DNA of 42,849 bases, from positions 1 to 42,849 of the forward strand of contig JBCKZY010000005.1 of the NCBI GenBank assembly GCA_038918635.1, given 5' to 3'. Every line of letters begins with the position of its first letter. Within the stretch, counting starts at the first letter, position 1. The notes under the pieces are model-generated. The model was not told the origin of the DNA. It did not search any database and saw only the letters and a program-made list of their open reading frames with translations. Both the position numbers and the translations under genes were made by a program. Source of the stretch: Thermodesulfovibrionia bacterium. GTDB lineage: Bacteria; Nitrospirota; Thermodesulfovibrionia; UBA6902. Shown here in pieces: positions 18,850-27,599 of this stretch.

Positions 18850-18983
18850 CATCATATAATAAAGACGGGTAAGAAGTAATAGACAGAAGAAAAAAGGTAT
18901 TACACAGAAATCAAAACATTATAATCGTCTTAAATAATCGGTGTAATCAGGTTTAATTACTATTAAACCAAGGGGGTAGTTTT

Positions 18984-20429
18984 ATGAGTATTGAAGGACT
19001 TCACCGGATTGATGCAGCAAGACTCGAAATACCCCGGGGATTCAGACCCGGCATGAGAACAAACGGTATTATCTATATCGACAGCACACTTGAAAAAGAC
19101 CTCGATATAAAATCAGTAAATCAGGTTGCAAATGTAGCAACCCTTCCGGGAATCGTCGGTTCATCTCTTGCGATGCCTGATATCCATATGGGATACGGGT
19201 TCGCAATCGGAGGTGTTGCCGCTTTCGATATTAAGGAAGGTATTATTTCACCCGGAGGCGTCGGATACGACATCAACTGAGGTGTCCGACTTCTGAGGAG
19301 CAGCCTCAGTAAAGAAGAGGCTGTCCCCAGAATAAGAGACCTCGTGGAGGTCATGTTCAGCAAAATACCGACAGGAGTCGGTTCAAAAGGCGCCCTAAGG
19401 CTCTCAAAAAAAGATCTCAGGGATATTATTCTTAAAGGTGCAATCTGGTCTGTTGATAACGGTTTCGGCATCAATGAAGACCTGGAACATACAGAGTCAC
19501 GTGGATGTATTGAAGGCGCTGACCCCGGCCTTGTAAGTCAAAAGGCCTACGAACGCGGGAAGAATCAGCAGGGGACCCTGGGTTCTGGAAACCATTTCGC
19601 TGAGATACAGTATGTTGATGAGATCTACGATGAGAATGCTGCAAAGGATCTAGGGCTCTTTCAGGACCAGATTACTGTGATGATTCACACCGGCTCACGC
19701 GGTTTCGGACATCAGGTCTGTACAGATTTCATTGAAATAATGCAGAAAGCTGCCAATAAATATAAGATAGAACTTCCTGACAGGGAACTGGCCTGTGCTC
19801 CTATTAGTTCCCCTGAGGCATCTGATTATATGGGTGCAATGAGGGCGGCGGCTAATTATGCTTGGGCAAACAGGCAGTGTATAACTCATCTTGTGATCGA
19901 ATCCTTTTCAAAAGTCTTTAACGCGGGGCCTAAAAGCCTGGGGATGAGCCTGCTATATGATGTAGCCCATAACATAGCCAAAGTTGAGGAGCACGCAATA
20001 AATAACACTGCCAGAAAACTGATAGTCCACCGTAAAGGTGCGACAAGGGCATTCCCTCCCGGCCATCCGGAACTCCCTGATGACTACAAACATCTGGGCC
20101 AGCCGGTTATTATTCCGGGAGACATGGGAAGAGCATCCTATATTCTCCTTGGAACTGAAAAAGGCATGAGAGAATCTTATGGTTCAACCTGTCACGGTGC
20201 CGGAAGACTAATGTCAAGACACAAGGCCATAAAGGCAGCAAGGGGCAGGTCCATCTCAAGAGAGATGGAGGAGAGAGGTATCATTGTAAGGGCAACGGGA
20301 AGAAACACCATTGCTGAAGAGATGCCTGAGGCTTACAAAGACATTACAAATGTAGTTAACGCTGTTCATAATGCAGGGCTGTCCAGAAAAGTCGCTAAGC
20401 TCAGACCACTTGGTGTTATAAAGGGATAA
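18984..20429 (+). CDS. rtcB: RtcB family RNA ligase, 481 aa, with in-frame TGA (codon 99, 19278-19280) at the catalytic Cys; predicted selenoprotein
   Basis: ORFs 18984-19280 and 19344-20429 are in the same frame and separated only by one TGA: [14 protein letters not shown]...GGVGYDIN[TGA]GVRLLRSSL; downstream motifs [38 protein letters not shown] and EEMPEAYKD are intact. Confidence 0.9.
19290..19314 (+). promoter_or_regulatory. Candidate bacterial SECIS hairpin
   Basis: CTGAGG-AGCAG-CCTCAG (19293-19309), extendable by CTT/AAG; the apical loop starts 18 nt after the UGA and has G at position 2. Confidence 0.65.
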
Positions 20430-20434
20430 ACATT

Positions 20435-21247
20435 TTGAACCGGAAAATACTCAGAATCGGAAGAATTCCATATGCCAACCTCTTCCCAATCTTTTATTAT
20501 CTTGATAAAGAATGCGATAACTCAGCATACAGATTTATTAAAGGCGCACCTTCAAAACTTAACAGGATGCTTAATGATGGACACCTGGATATAAGCATAT
20601 CATCATCCATAGAGTATCTGAAGAATAAGGATAGATACCTTATACTTCCATCCTTCTCAATAAGCTCTTACGGCGCAATTGAGAGCATATTTATCTTCTC
20701 AAGCGTTCCTCTTGAAAAGCTTGGAAGTAAAACTGTCGCCATCTCTTCGGAATCAGACACTTCAGCAGCACTTCTCAGGATTATCCTCAAAGAGTTCCTG
20801 GGTATTACATGCAGATTTAAAACCGTCAGGAACAGAACCATAAAAAGCGCACTATCAAAATATCCCGCATTGCTTCTTATTGGCGATTCAGCCATGAAGG
20901 AAGCAAAAAAAGCAGTTACGGGCAATAATTCTAAATCTCCTTATATATACGATCTTGCTGAACTGTGGCATAAATACACAGGACTGCCGTTCGTATTTGC
21001 ACTCTGGATAGTAAGGAACGAAACCATCACTGAGAAGGGGGAACTTCTCAAGAGGCTGTCATCAGACCTCATGAGAGCAAGCAGATTTACTACCAAAAGA
21101 CTCCGTCACATTGCAAAGGAATCTCCACAGAAAGAATGGCTCAGCGAAGAAGAACTGGTTAACTACTGGAAGAAAATATCATACAACCTGACCGAAAAAC
21201 ATATGGAAGGGCTTAGACTCTTTGAGAAGTATTCAAAAAACTTATAA
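20435..21247 (+). CDS. mqnA: Chorismate dehydratase (futalosine menaquinone pathway)
   Basis: IGRIPYANLFP, SSIEY, SESDTS, LLIGDSA, YDLAELW, TGLPFVFALW match the MqnA/MqnD family, MqnA type. Confidence 0.85.
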   Translation: MNRKILRIGRIPYANLFPIFYYLDKECDNSAYRFIKGAPSKLNRMLNDGHLDISISSSIEYLKNKDRYLILPSFSISSYGAIESIFIFSSVPLEKLGSKTVAISSESDTSAALLRIILKEFLGITCRFKTVRNRTIKSALSKYPALLLIGDSAMKEAKKAVTGNNSKSPYIYDLAELWHKYTGLPFVFALWIVRNETITEKGELLKRLSSDLMRASRFTTKRLRHIAKESPQKEWLSEEELVNYWKKISYNLTEKHMEGLRLFEKYSKNL

Positions 21248-21329
21248 CACAAATTGAGTGATTCTTGACAAATAATTTACTGCTACGCATCCCCGACGAA
21301 TCAGGACCAGGAATAATAAACACGAATGA

Positions 21330-21396
21330 CGTCATACCCGTGAAAACGGGTATCCAGAATAAAGGAACTGGATTCCCGATCGAGGTCGGGAATGAC
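21330..21396. repeat. CGTC-type palindromic (REP-like) repeat, minimal dimer
   Basis: cgtcatacccgtgaaaacgggtatccag-aataaaggaa-ctggattcccgatcgaggtcgggaatgac. Confidence 0.82.
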
Positions 21397-21530
21397 AGAT
21401 AAAGGAGTAGATACTTGACCCCGAAGCAGCGCTTTGATAAATTATTTTTTTAAATAATAGTTGAGGCTTATGTGAAGCGGTTGAAAGAAGATACATTAAT
21501 AGTGGCTTTATCCGGTGGACTATAAAACCT

Positions 21531-22343
21531 TTAAAACGAATAATTGAGATTAACCACACCTGTAAATATCTCTATTCTGCTCTGAGGGAAGACAGCCCAT
21601 ACTGAGTTGCTGTGTTTTATTACGCTCTCATCAAGTTCAAGTAATGTATAGCTTACACCTACATAAAAGCTTGTTTTTTCAGTAATTTTTCTCACAATAC
21701 CTACTCCCATATCCAGGCAGCTGCCGTTAGTATCAAAGGTATTTTGAGGTAAGGAACTGAACTTTACTTCACCAGATAGATAATATGCATAAGCGATCCT
21801 GCCATCCAACGCCCAATTACCCAGTGTATAACCAAACCCCGCGCCCGCGCCGGCCCTCCAGAGACTTATATCTTCTTTATTGACTCCCTCAGCAGGGTAT
21901 TTCTGTTGGAGAAATTGATCTCTCTTTATGTGAACTCCATCCCAACCACCTGCCACATAAAGCCTGTAATAATAATCTCTGCCGCTATTTTTATAACCAA
22001 ACCTAAAGTCATAGAACTGGGAGAATATCCTCATATCATTAGACTGAATCTGAATACCGTGATCCTTAGTGGTCTCATTATCTTTCAGACCTAACGCCCA
22101 ATCGGTTGTAACCCCGGCATAGAAATTAATCGGCTCTGAAAAAGAATATTCACCGGATACTCCGAAGAGGATTACGTCTTGAGAGGATTCTGATTTAATG
22201 TCACTTCCCATGAAAGAAGTATGATGCTCATATTTAATTACACCGTAACCACTATGAATCCCTACGCCTGCGCCCCCGGCTTCAGCAATACCGGCAGAGA
22301 CGATTATTAATATAAAGACTAATAATTTAACAAAGCTATTCAT
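21531..22343 (-). CDS. Putative outer-membrane beta-barrel protein
   Basis: Signal peptide (..GIAEA), alternating amphipathic G/Y-rich strands, C-terminal VNLNYSF with terminal Phe. Confidence 0.7.
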   Translation of the reverse strand: MNSFVKLLVFILIIVSAGIAEAGGAGVGIHSGYGVIKYEHHTSFMGSDIKSESSQDVILFGVSGEYSFSEPINFYAGVTTDWALGLKDNETTKDHGIQIQSNDMRIFSQFYDFRFGYKNSGRDYYYRLYVAGGWDGVHIKRDQFLQQKYPAEGVNKEDISLWRAGAGAGFGYTLGNWALDGRIAYAYYLSGEVKFSSLPQNTFDTNGSCLDMGVGIVRKITEKTSFYVGVSYTLLELDESVIKHSNSVWAVFPQSRIEIFTGVVNLNYSF

Positions 22344-22359
22344 TTTGTTTATTGATATA

Positions 22360-23433
22360 TTATTGCGCTGCAGTAAGTGCCTTATTCATAATTTTACCTT
22401 TGTATGTATTCAAGGCACTTCTCAATGATGAGTTCCTGCTTACCGCTTCTTCAATCCCATCATCTGCAAGTATCTCAATATATTTCAGAGTCCTTCCAGT
22501 CAGCGCCAGTGTTGAGGTTCTGGGATATGCGCCCGGCATATTGGCAACAGAATAATGAATAACTCCATCAACAGTATATACAGGATTGCTGTGAGTTGTA
22601 GGTTTCGTGGTTTCTGAACATCCCCCCTGATCTACTGAGATATCTACAATTACTGAACCCTTCTTCATTCTCAATACAAGATCCCTGGAAATAAGTTTCG
22701 GCGTCTTTGCTCCGGCAACCAGTACCGCACAGATAACCACGTCTGCCTTTACTGCCTCTGAGTCAATATTCTCCCTTGTTGCGGTAAGTGTCTTCACTTT
22801 ACCCTTGTACATTTTCTCTATTAGCCTGAGTTTTTCAACTCCTCTATTTATAACGGTTATGGCAGCACCCATTCCATATGCTATCTCAAGTGCGTTCATG
22901 CCGGCAGAACCTGCCCCAAGGATGAGGACTCTCGCGGAAGGAACTCCCTCAACTCCTGTAAATAGCACACCCGCTCCCGAATATACTTTCTGTAGAAAAT
23001 AGGCGGCAACGACCGGGGCCATTTTCCCTGCTATCTCGCTCATGGGCTTAAGAAGCGGCAAAGAGCCATCTTCCTCAAGTGTCTCATACGCCAGTGCGGT
23101 TATATTCCTTTTAAGCAGGAAATCGGTAAGTTCAGGGGCGAGGGCAAGGTGAAGAAAAGTAAACAGAGGCTGCCCTTCCTTAAAAAGTCCATATTCAGAG
23201 GCAAGAGGCTCCTTGACCTTTACAATCATATCAGAATCATTGAAGAGACGGTTCCTGTCTGCAATCAGCGCCCCCTCATTTCTGTAGTCCTCATCCGTAA
23301 AACCGCTCCCCTCGCCAGCTGACACCTCAACAATAATATTATGGCCTTTTCTACAAAGGGCCTTGACCCCTGAGGGTGTTATCCCTACCCTGTATTCATG
23401 CTCCTTTATCTCTTTCAGCACACCTATTATCAT
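22360..23433 (-). CDS. ald: Alanine dehydrogenase
   Basis: MIIGVLKEIKEHEYRVGITP, KVKEP, FLHLA, LPLLKPMSEIAG, DISVDQGGC, VANMPGAYPRTST. Confidence 0.93.
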   Translation of the reverse strand: MIIGVLKEIKEHEYRVGITPSGVKALCRKGHNIIVEVSAGEGSGFTDEDYRNEGALIADRNRLFNDSDMIVKVKEPLASEYGLFKEGQPLFTFLHLALAPELTDFLLKRNITALAYETLEEDGSLPLLKPMSEIAGKMAPVVAAYFLQKVYSGAGVLFTGVEGVPSARVLILGAGSAGMNALEIAYGMGAAITVINRGVEKLRLIEKMYKGKVKTLTATRENIDSEAVKADVVICAVLVAGAKTPKLISRDLVLRMKKGSVIVDISVDQGGCSETTKPTTHSNPVYTVDGVIHYSVANMPGAYPRTSTLALTGRTLKYIEILADDGIEEAVSRNSSLRSALNTYKGKIMNKALTAAQ

Positions 23434-23451
23434 ATAAATCAAACCATAAAC

Positions 23452-23787
23452 TTAATCAAATTCAGGGAATATCCTGACACTGACTGATTTACCGTCTTCC
23501 AGTCCGCAGACCGCCGATAATATTCCCCCCTCAATATAAGACAGATCAAACCTGCCAAATCCATCTTTTACAAGACTCTGGGCATCGGCAGGACATCCGC
23601 CCTCACAACCGGCTACACCTCTTATCATTCTCGGTATCAACTTATCAACTTCAATTCCTACCATATCAACACCGAGTTTCCTGCCAAAATCAATAATACT
23701 CTTTGAATCTCCGGAAGTCTTGAAACCGTAGGGATCGCTAACGTTAAGGTTTAAAGAGTCCTCTCCTATAGTGACATCAATTTCCAT
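23452..23787 (-). CDS. Hypothetical protein (111 aa, GCEGGCPADA motif)
   Basis: Strong RBS (AGGAGG) upstream; co-oriented and tightly spaced with ald; no family recognised. Confidence 0.7.
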   Translation of the reverse strand: MEIDVTIGEDSLNLNVSDPYGFKTSGDSKSIIDFGRKLGVDMVGIEVDKLIPRMIRGVAGCEGGCPADAQSLVKDGFGRFDLSYIEGGILSAVCGLEDGKSVSVRIFPEFD

Positions 23788-23871
23788 CTAATACCTCCTT
23801 TTAAAACAAATTAATCACTGAGCACTCAGAGAAAATAATTCACTACCCCACAACAGAGCTGCGAGGTATCA

Positions 23872-23982
23872 CGTCATACCCGTCCCGTATTTAATACGGG
23901 ATAAATTCCAACGGGTATCCAGAGAGCAACCGTCTGGATTCCCGATCGGAGTCGGGCCTGTCCCGATTTATCGGGGAATGAC
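23872..23982. repeat. CGTC-type palindromic repeat nested in two further repeat layers (23813-24068)
   Basis: cgtcatacccg...cgggtatccag...ctggattcccgatcggagtcggg...ggggaatgac. Confidence 0.8.
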
Positions 23983-24115
23983 AGAATAAGGAATATTTCT
24001 CAAACCCGATGCAGAGCATCGAGGAATTCATTTTATAAAACAATTTTCTCTGTGCCCTCTGTGGTGAAATTCTTTTCAGTAATTTCATGCTTTGTCCTAA
24101 ATCAAAATAACCTGC

Positions 24116-24709
24116 TTAACCATTTTCTAATAAATATTTCTGTAATTTGTTTAATGCAATAGCCCTGTGACTTATTGAATTCTTCTCATCATTGCTCATC
24201 TCGGCAAAAGTCATTTCATATCCATCGGGATAAAAGACCGGGTCATATCCAAAACCCTTCGAGCCTTTTTTTTCAGTCCCGATACTGCCGTTTACAAGCC
24301 CGGTAAATGTCTTTACCCCATTCGTAGAAGCAACAGCTATACAACATACAAATCTTGCCTTTCTCTTCTCATAAGGGACACTCTTCATATCTTCGAGTAT
24401 TTTTAGGGTATTTGCCTCAGTATTCGCGGGTTCCCCGGCATACCTGGCAGAAAATATTCCGGGGGCTCCATTAAGCGCTTTCACTTCCAGCCCCGAGTCA
24501 TCAGCTATTGAGGTCTTTCCCGTATAATTAAAAAAATATTCTGCCTTCTTAACAGCGTTTGCCTCAAAGGTTTCTCCATCCTCCTCAACATCCTTAGACG
24601 CAGGGAAGTCATCGGGAGTGTAAATACGGAAGTCACTTCCCATGACATTAAGTATCTTCCTTATCTCATCCACCTTATTCCTGTTTCTTGTTGCAAGGAT
24701 AATATCCAT
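24116..24709 (-). CDS. rdgB: XTP/dITP diphosphatase (non-canonical purine NTP pyrophosphatase)
   Basis: LATRNRNK, ADDSGLEV, PGIFSARYAG, GFGYDPVF, KNSISHR. Confidence 0.95.
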   Translation of the reverse strand: MDIILATRNRNKVDEIRKILNVMGSDFRIYTPDDFPASKDVEEDGETFEANAVKKAEYFFNYTGKTSIADDSGLEVKALNGAPGIFSARYAGEPANTEANTLKILEDMKSVPYEKRKARFVCCIAVASTNGVKTFTGLVNGSIGTEKKGSKGFGYDPVFYPDGYEMTFAEMSNDEKNSISHRAIALNKLQKYLLENG

Positions 24710-24943
24710 AATATTATTTATTCACTTGATAGCTGGAACTGCAGGTGATTATTTTAACATTGATCTTATGAAAAAGAAAATAAATGCAGCTAACAGTTGC
24801 AGTTTTGTGCCTTTGTCCCTTTGCTCTATGCGCTATGCTCTTTGCTACTTTGTCTCTTGTTTCTTTGTCCTTTTGATCCTTCTGTTTTGTCATCTGTGAA
24901 CCCGCCTTTGGCGAGGCTAGTGGCCGTGAACAGTGAACCGTCT

Positions 24944-25942
24944 TTATCCCTTTGTCCCTTTCTTTTTCTGTGCAGAGACCCTTACCGCAAGTTTAACCGC
25001 CTCGATCATACTTGACGGGTTTGCCTTATTCTTCCACGCAATATCAAACCCTGTTCCATGGTCAGGAGAAGTCCTGATTACAGGCAGCCCTACTGTCATA
25101 TTAACACCAATATCGAATGCAAGCATCTTAAAAGGGATGAGCCCCTGATCGTGATACATACAGACTACTATATCAAAAATGCCGATATATGCCTTATGAA
25201 ATACGACATCAGGCGGATATGGCCCGGAGATATTAAGCCCCATGCCGGCAGCTTTATTAATCGCTGGTATTATAACCCCTTCTTCCTCTTCTCCCAGGAG
25301 TCCTGATTCTCCTGAATGGGGGTTTAGACCGGCAACAGCAATACTCCCAGATTGTATGCCGATCATATCCAACCCTTTTCCCGCAAGCTTAAAAGTCCGC
25401 AGAAGAAGTTCTTCGGTAATCATCAAAGGGACTTTACTCAAGGGAACATGAATGGTGCTCAGAATAACCCTTAACCTCTCACTCACGAACATCATAGAAA
25501 ACTCCTCAGTCCCGGTCAACTGGGCTAAAAGCTCTGTATGCCCACGCCATAAAAAACCTGCCATTCCTAAAGACTCCTTTGAAACAGGGGCTGTTACAAT
25601 TGCCTCTGCCTCTCCGCCTAAAGCCAGTTCCACCGCCTTCTCCACATAGCTCACAACAGCCCTGCCAGCCTCTGCTGATGAAGTACATCTTTTGTAAGAT
25701 ATTTGCGGTCCGATATCAATGACTTCAATCTTTCCGTCAGAGGGGCTTGATTCTGCCATCAATTTGATAGGAACTACCTCAACAGACAGCCCTGAAAGTT
25801 TCAAGGCATCCCGGATAATATCCGCTCTTCCGATAACAATTGGGTTACATACCCCGCTTAACGATTCAGAACAGAGCGCCTTTACTGTAACTTCCGGCCC
25901 TATTCCACCCGGATCTCCCATTGTAATAACAATATTTTCCAT
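24944..25942 (-). CDS. pdxA: 4-hydroxythreonine-4-phosphate dehydrogenase
   Basis: ITMGDPGGIGPE, GHTE, GLNPHSGE, MYHDQGLIP, RTSPDHGTGFDIA. Confidence 0.95.
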   Translation of the reverse strand: MENIVITMGDPGGIGPEVTVKALCSESLSGVCNPIVIGRADIIRDALKLSGLSVEVVPIKLMAESSPSDGKIEVIDIGPQISYKRCTSSAEAGRAVVSYVEKAVELALGGEAEAIVTAPVSKESLGMAGFLWRGHTELLAQLTGTEEFSMMFVSERLRVILSTIHVPLSKVPLMITEELLLRTFKLAGKGLDMIGIQSGSIAVAGLNPHSGESGLLGEEEEGVIIPAINKAAGMGLNISGPYPPDVVFHKAYIGIFDIVVCMYHDQGLIPFKMLAFDIGVNMTVGLPVIRTSPDHGTGFDIAWKNKANPSSMIEAVKLAVRVSAQKKKGTKG

Positions 25943-25992
25943 TATCAATCCTTTACATAATAGTTGAAGAACTCTTTTTTTCCAATAATATT

Positions 25993-26061
25993 GTCATACC
26001 CGCTAAAACTGTCCTCGACTCCGATCGGGGAGCGGATATCCAATAACATTACGAAAAGACT
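25993..26061. repeat. Left half of a CGTC-type repeat interrupted by the IS110 element
   Basis: gtcatacccgctaaaactgtcctcgactccgatcggggagcggatatcca...aaaagact matches 14688-14764. Confidence 0.8.
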
Positions 26062-26162
26062 AGACATAATGGCTGACAGGAAGCAAAAAGACTTGCCCCT
26101 TGCAACGTGGGTTATACTCAGATAGGAATCCAAATACAGAGCCAAAACCAAGGAGGCAAGTC

Positions 26163-27275
26163 ATGAAAGATTATATCACAGTAGTAGGACTTGACGTACA
26201 CAAAGATTCAATAGAGGTTGTCTTAGCCGATACATTTGGTAATCGGGAGATTCGGCACTATGGCAAGATTGGTGGAGACATGGTATCGTTGGACAAGGCA
26301 GTGAGGAAGCTAGTAAGTAAGGGGAGCAGATTAGAGTTTGTTTATGAGGCAGGGCCGTGTGGTTATGAGATATATCGTCATCTTACAAAACAGGGGTATC
26401 AATGTGCAGTGGTAGCGCCTTCGATGATTCCCAGAAGAAGCGGTAACCGGATAAAGAATGATAGTCGTGACGCTGAGGCGCTGGCCAGGCTGTACCGTGC
26501 CGGAGAGTTGACGACAGTTTATGTTCCTCAGGAGGAAGATGAAGCGATGCGGGATCTGATACGAGGCAGGCAGGATGGGGTAAAAGGGTTGCGTACAGTC
26601 AGACAACAGCTTGGAGCCTTTCTGCTTCGTCATGGTATTCGCTATGGAGGCAAAACAACCTGGGGCCCTTCTCATACGCGCTGGCTGGCGGATGTCAGCA
26701 TGGCGCATCCTGCGCAACAGATTACGTTACAGGAATACATTCATGCTGTAAGGGAGCGCACTGACCGTATAGAGCGGATGACCGGAGAGATATTAAAGTT
26801 TCTGTCTCAGTGGCGGATGGCCCCGTTAGTTGAGGCATTGCAGGCTCTTAGGGGGGTAGCTCCTATAGTTGCCGTTACGGTGGCGGCGGAGATCGGTGAC
26901 ATGAGAAGGTTTGGAAATCCCAGGCAATTGATGGCATATTTGGGTTTAGTCCCTTCAGAGCATTCCAGCGGAAGCACGGTCAGCCGGGGCGGTATTACAA
27001 AAACCGGCAACACTCATGCCAGACGAGTACTTGTTGAGGCAGCCCAAACGTATAGTTACTCTGCAAGAGTGAGCAGACCGTTATTGAAACGGCAGGAAGG
27101 ATTAGCCCAACCGATCCGCGATATTGCATGGAAAGCGCAGGTGAGACTGTGTGGCCGGTTCCGACGTCTTATGGGCAGAGGTAAATCCAGAAACACAGTG
27201 GTAGCAGCTACTGCCCGTGAACTTGCCGGTTTTATGTGGGCTATTGCACAGCAAGTAAAGATACCAACCGTATAA
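26163..27275 (+). CDS. IS110 family transposase/recombinase
   Basis: VGLDVHK, YEAGPCGY, KNDSRDA (DEDD RuvC-like), YLGLVPSEHSSG (catalytic Ser region), ITKTGN; AGGAGG RBS before the ATG at 26163. Confidence 0.95.
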   Translation: MKDYITVVGLDVHKDSIEVVLADTFGNREIRHYGKIGGDMVSLDKAVRKLVSKGSRLEFVYEAGPCGYEIYRHLTKQGYQCAVVAPSMIPRRSGNRIKNDSRDAEALARLYRAGELTTVYVPQEEDEAMRDLIRGRQDGVKGLRTVRQQLGAFLLRHGIRYGGKTTWGPSHTRWLADVSMAHPAQQITLQEYIHAVRERTDRIERMTGEILKFLSQWRMAPLVEALQALRGVAPIVAVTVAAEIGDMRRFGNPRQLMAYLGLVPSEHSSGSTVSRGGITKTGNTHARRVLVEAAQTYSYSARVSRPLLKRQEGLAQPIRDIAWKAQVRLCGRFRRLMGRGKSRNTVVAATARELAGFMWAIAQQVKIPTV

Positions 27276-27332
27276 TATAACCGGGCAGATACATTAAGAG
27301 GAGGCCATCACAACAAAGACACACGACAAAAT

Positions 27333-27526
27333 ATCCAGAGCATAGTCGGGGACGCGACCACGTTTTGGGAGAACCCTCGTGGAATCCAAGGAATAGGCAA
27401 CCGCCTGATTTCCGCCACTAGAGCGAGGCAGCTCCATTACGAAACCAAGTCATGCGGTCTGAATCCGCGTATATCAGATTGATCAAACGTCGATGTATAG
27501 GTCCCGTCCCTGTTTATACTTTGGAT
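27333..27526 (+). ncRNA. Predicted bridge RNA / seekRNA of the IS110 element
   Basis: Closing stems atccagagcata/tatactttggat, gggacg/cgtccc, gacc/ggtc and acgttt/aaacgt enclose one hairpin with an internal loop bearing GGAATCCA and ACTAGA and a second hairpin flanked by ATATCAGA; these match the target and donor sequences. Folded by eye. Confidence 0.7.
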
Positions 27527-27599
27527 TACAGTCAGCTTTATAACCCATATGAAAAGGGCAAGGAAGATCTATTGCTTGTTGACATTTGTCAGCCATATC

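Larger units (their letters stand above)
26062..27599 (+). mobile_element. IS110-family insertion sequence, IS1111-type organisation
   Basis: DEDD transposase; 10-bp subterminal inverted repeat ATGGCTGACA (26069-26078) / TGTCAGCCAT (27587-27596) located 7 nt and 3 nt inside the ends; long 3' non-coding end; removing the element restores aaaagact|ggattccc of the host repeat. End positions are uncertain by ~3 nt because of a shared GA. Confidence 0.88.

Noticed and set aside
18984-20429. Calling rtcB a pseudogene or two separate genes
   Set aside because: A single in-frame TGA exactly at the conserved Cys, intact motifs on both sides and a SECIS-like hairpin fit recoding better. A nonsense mutation or sequencing error remains formally possible.
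23891-24088. Small ORFs over intergenic repeats (also 21332-21559, 39348-39533, 5677-5865)
   Set aside because: Translations of repeat arms (for example SPQRAQR, KGFKGSRVQGFE) with no evidence of coding.
26100-26162. N-terminal extension of the transposase ORF from the TTG at 26100
   Set aside because: The AGGAGG RBS and the family N-terminus (..VGLDVHK) point to the ATG at 26163.
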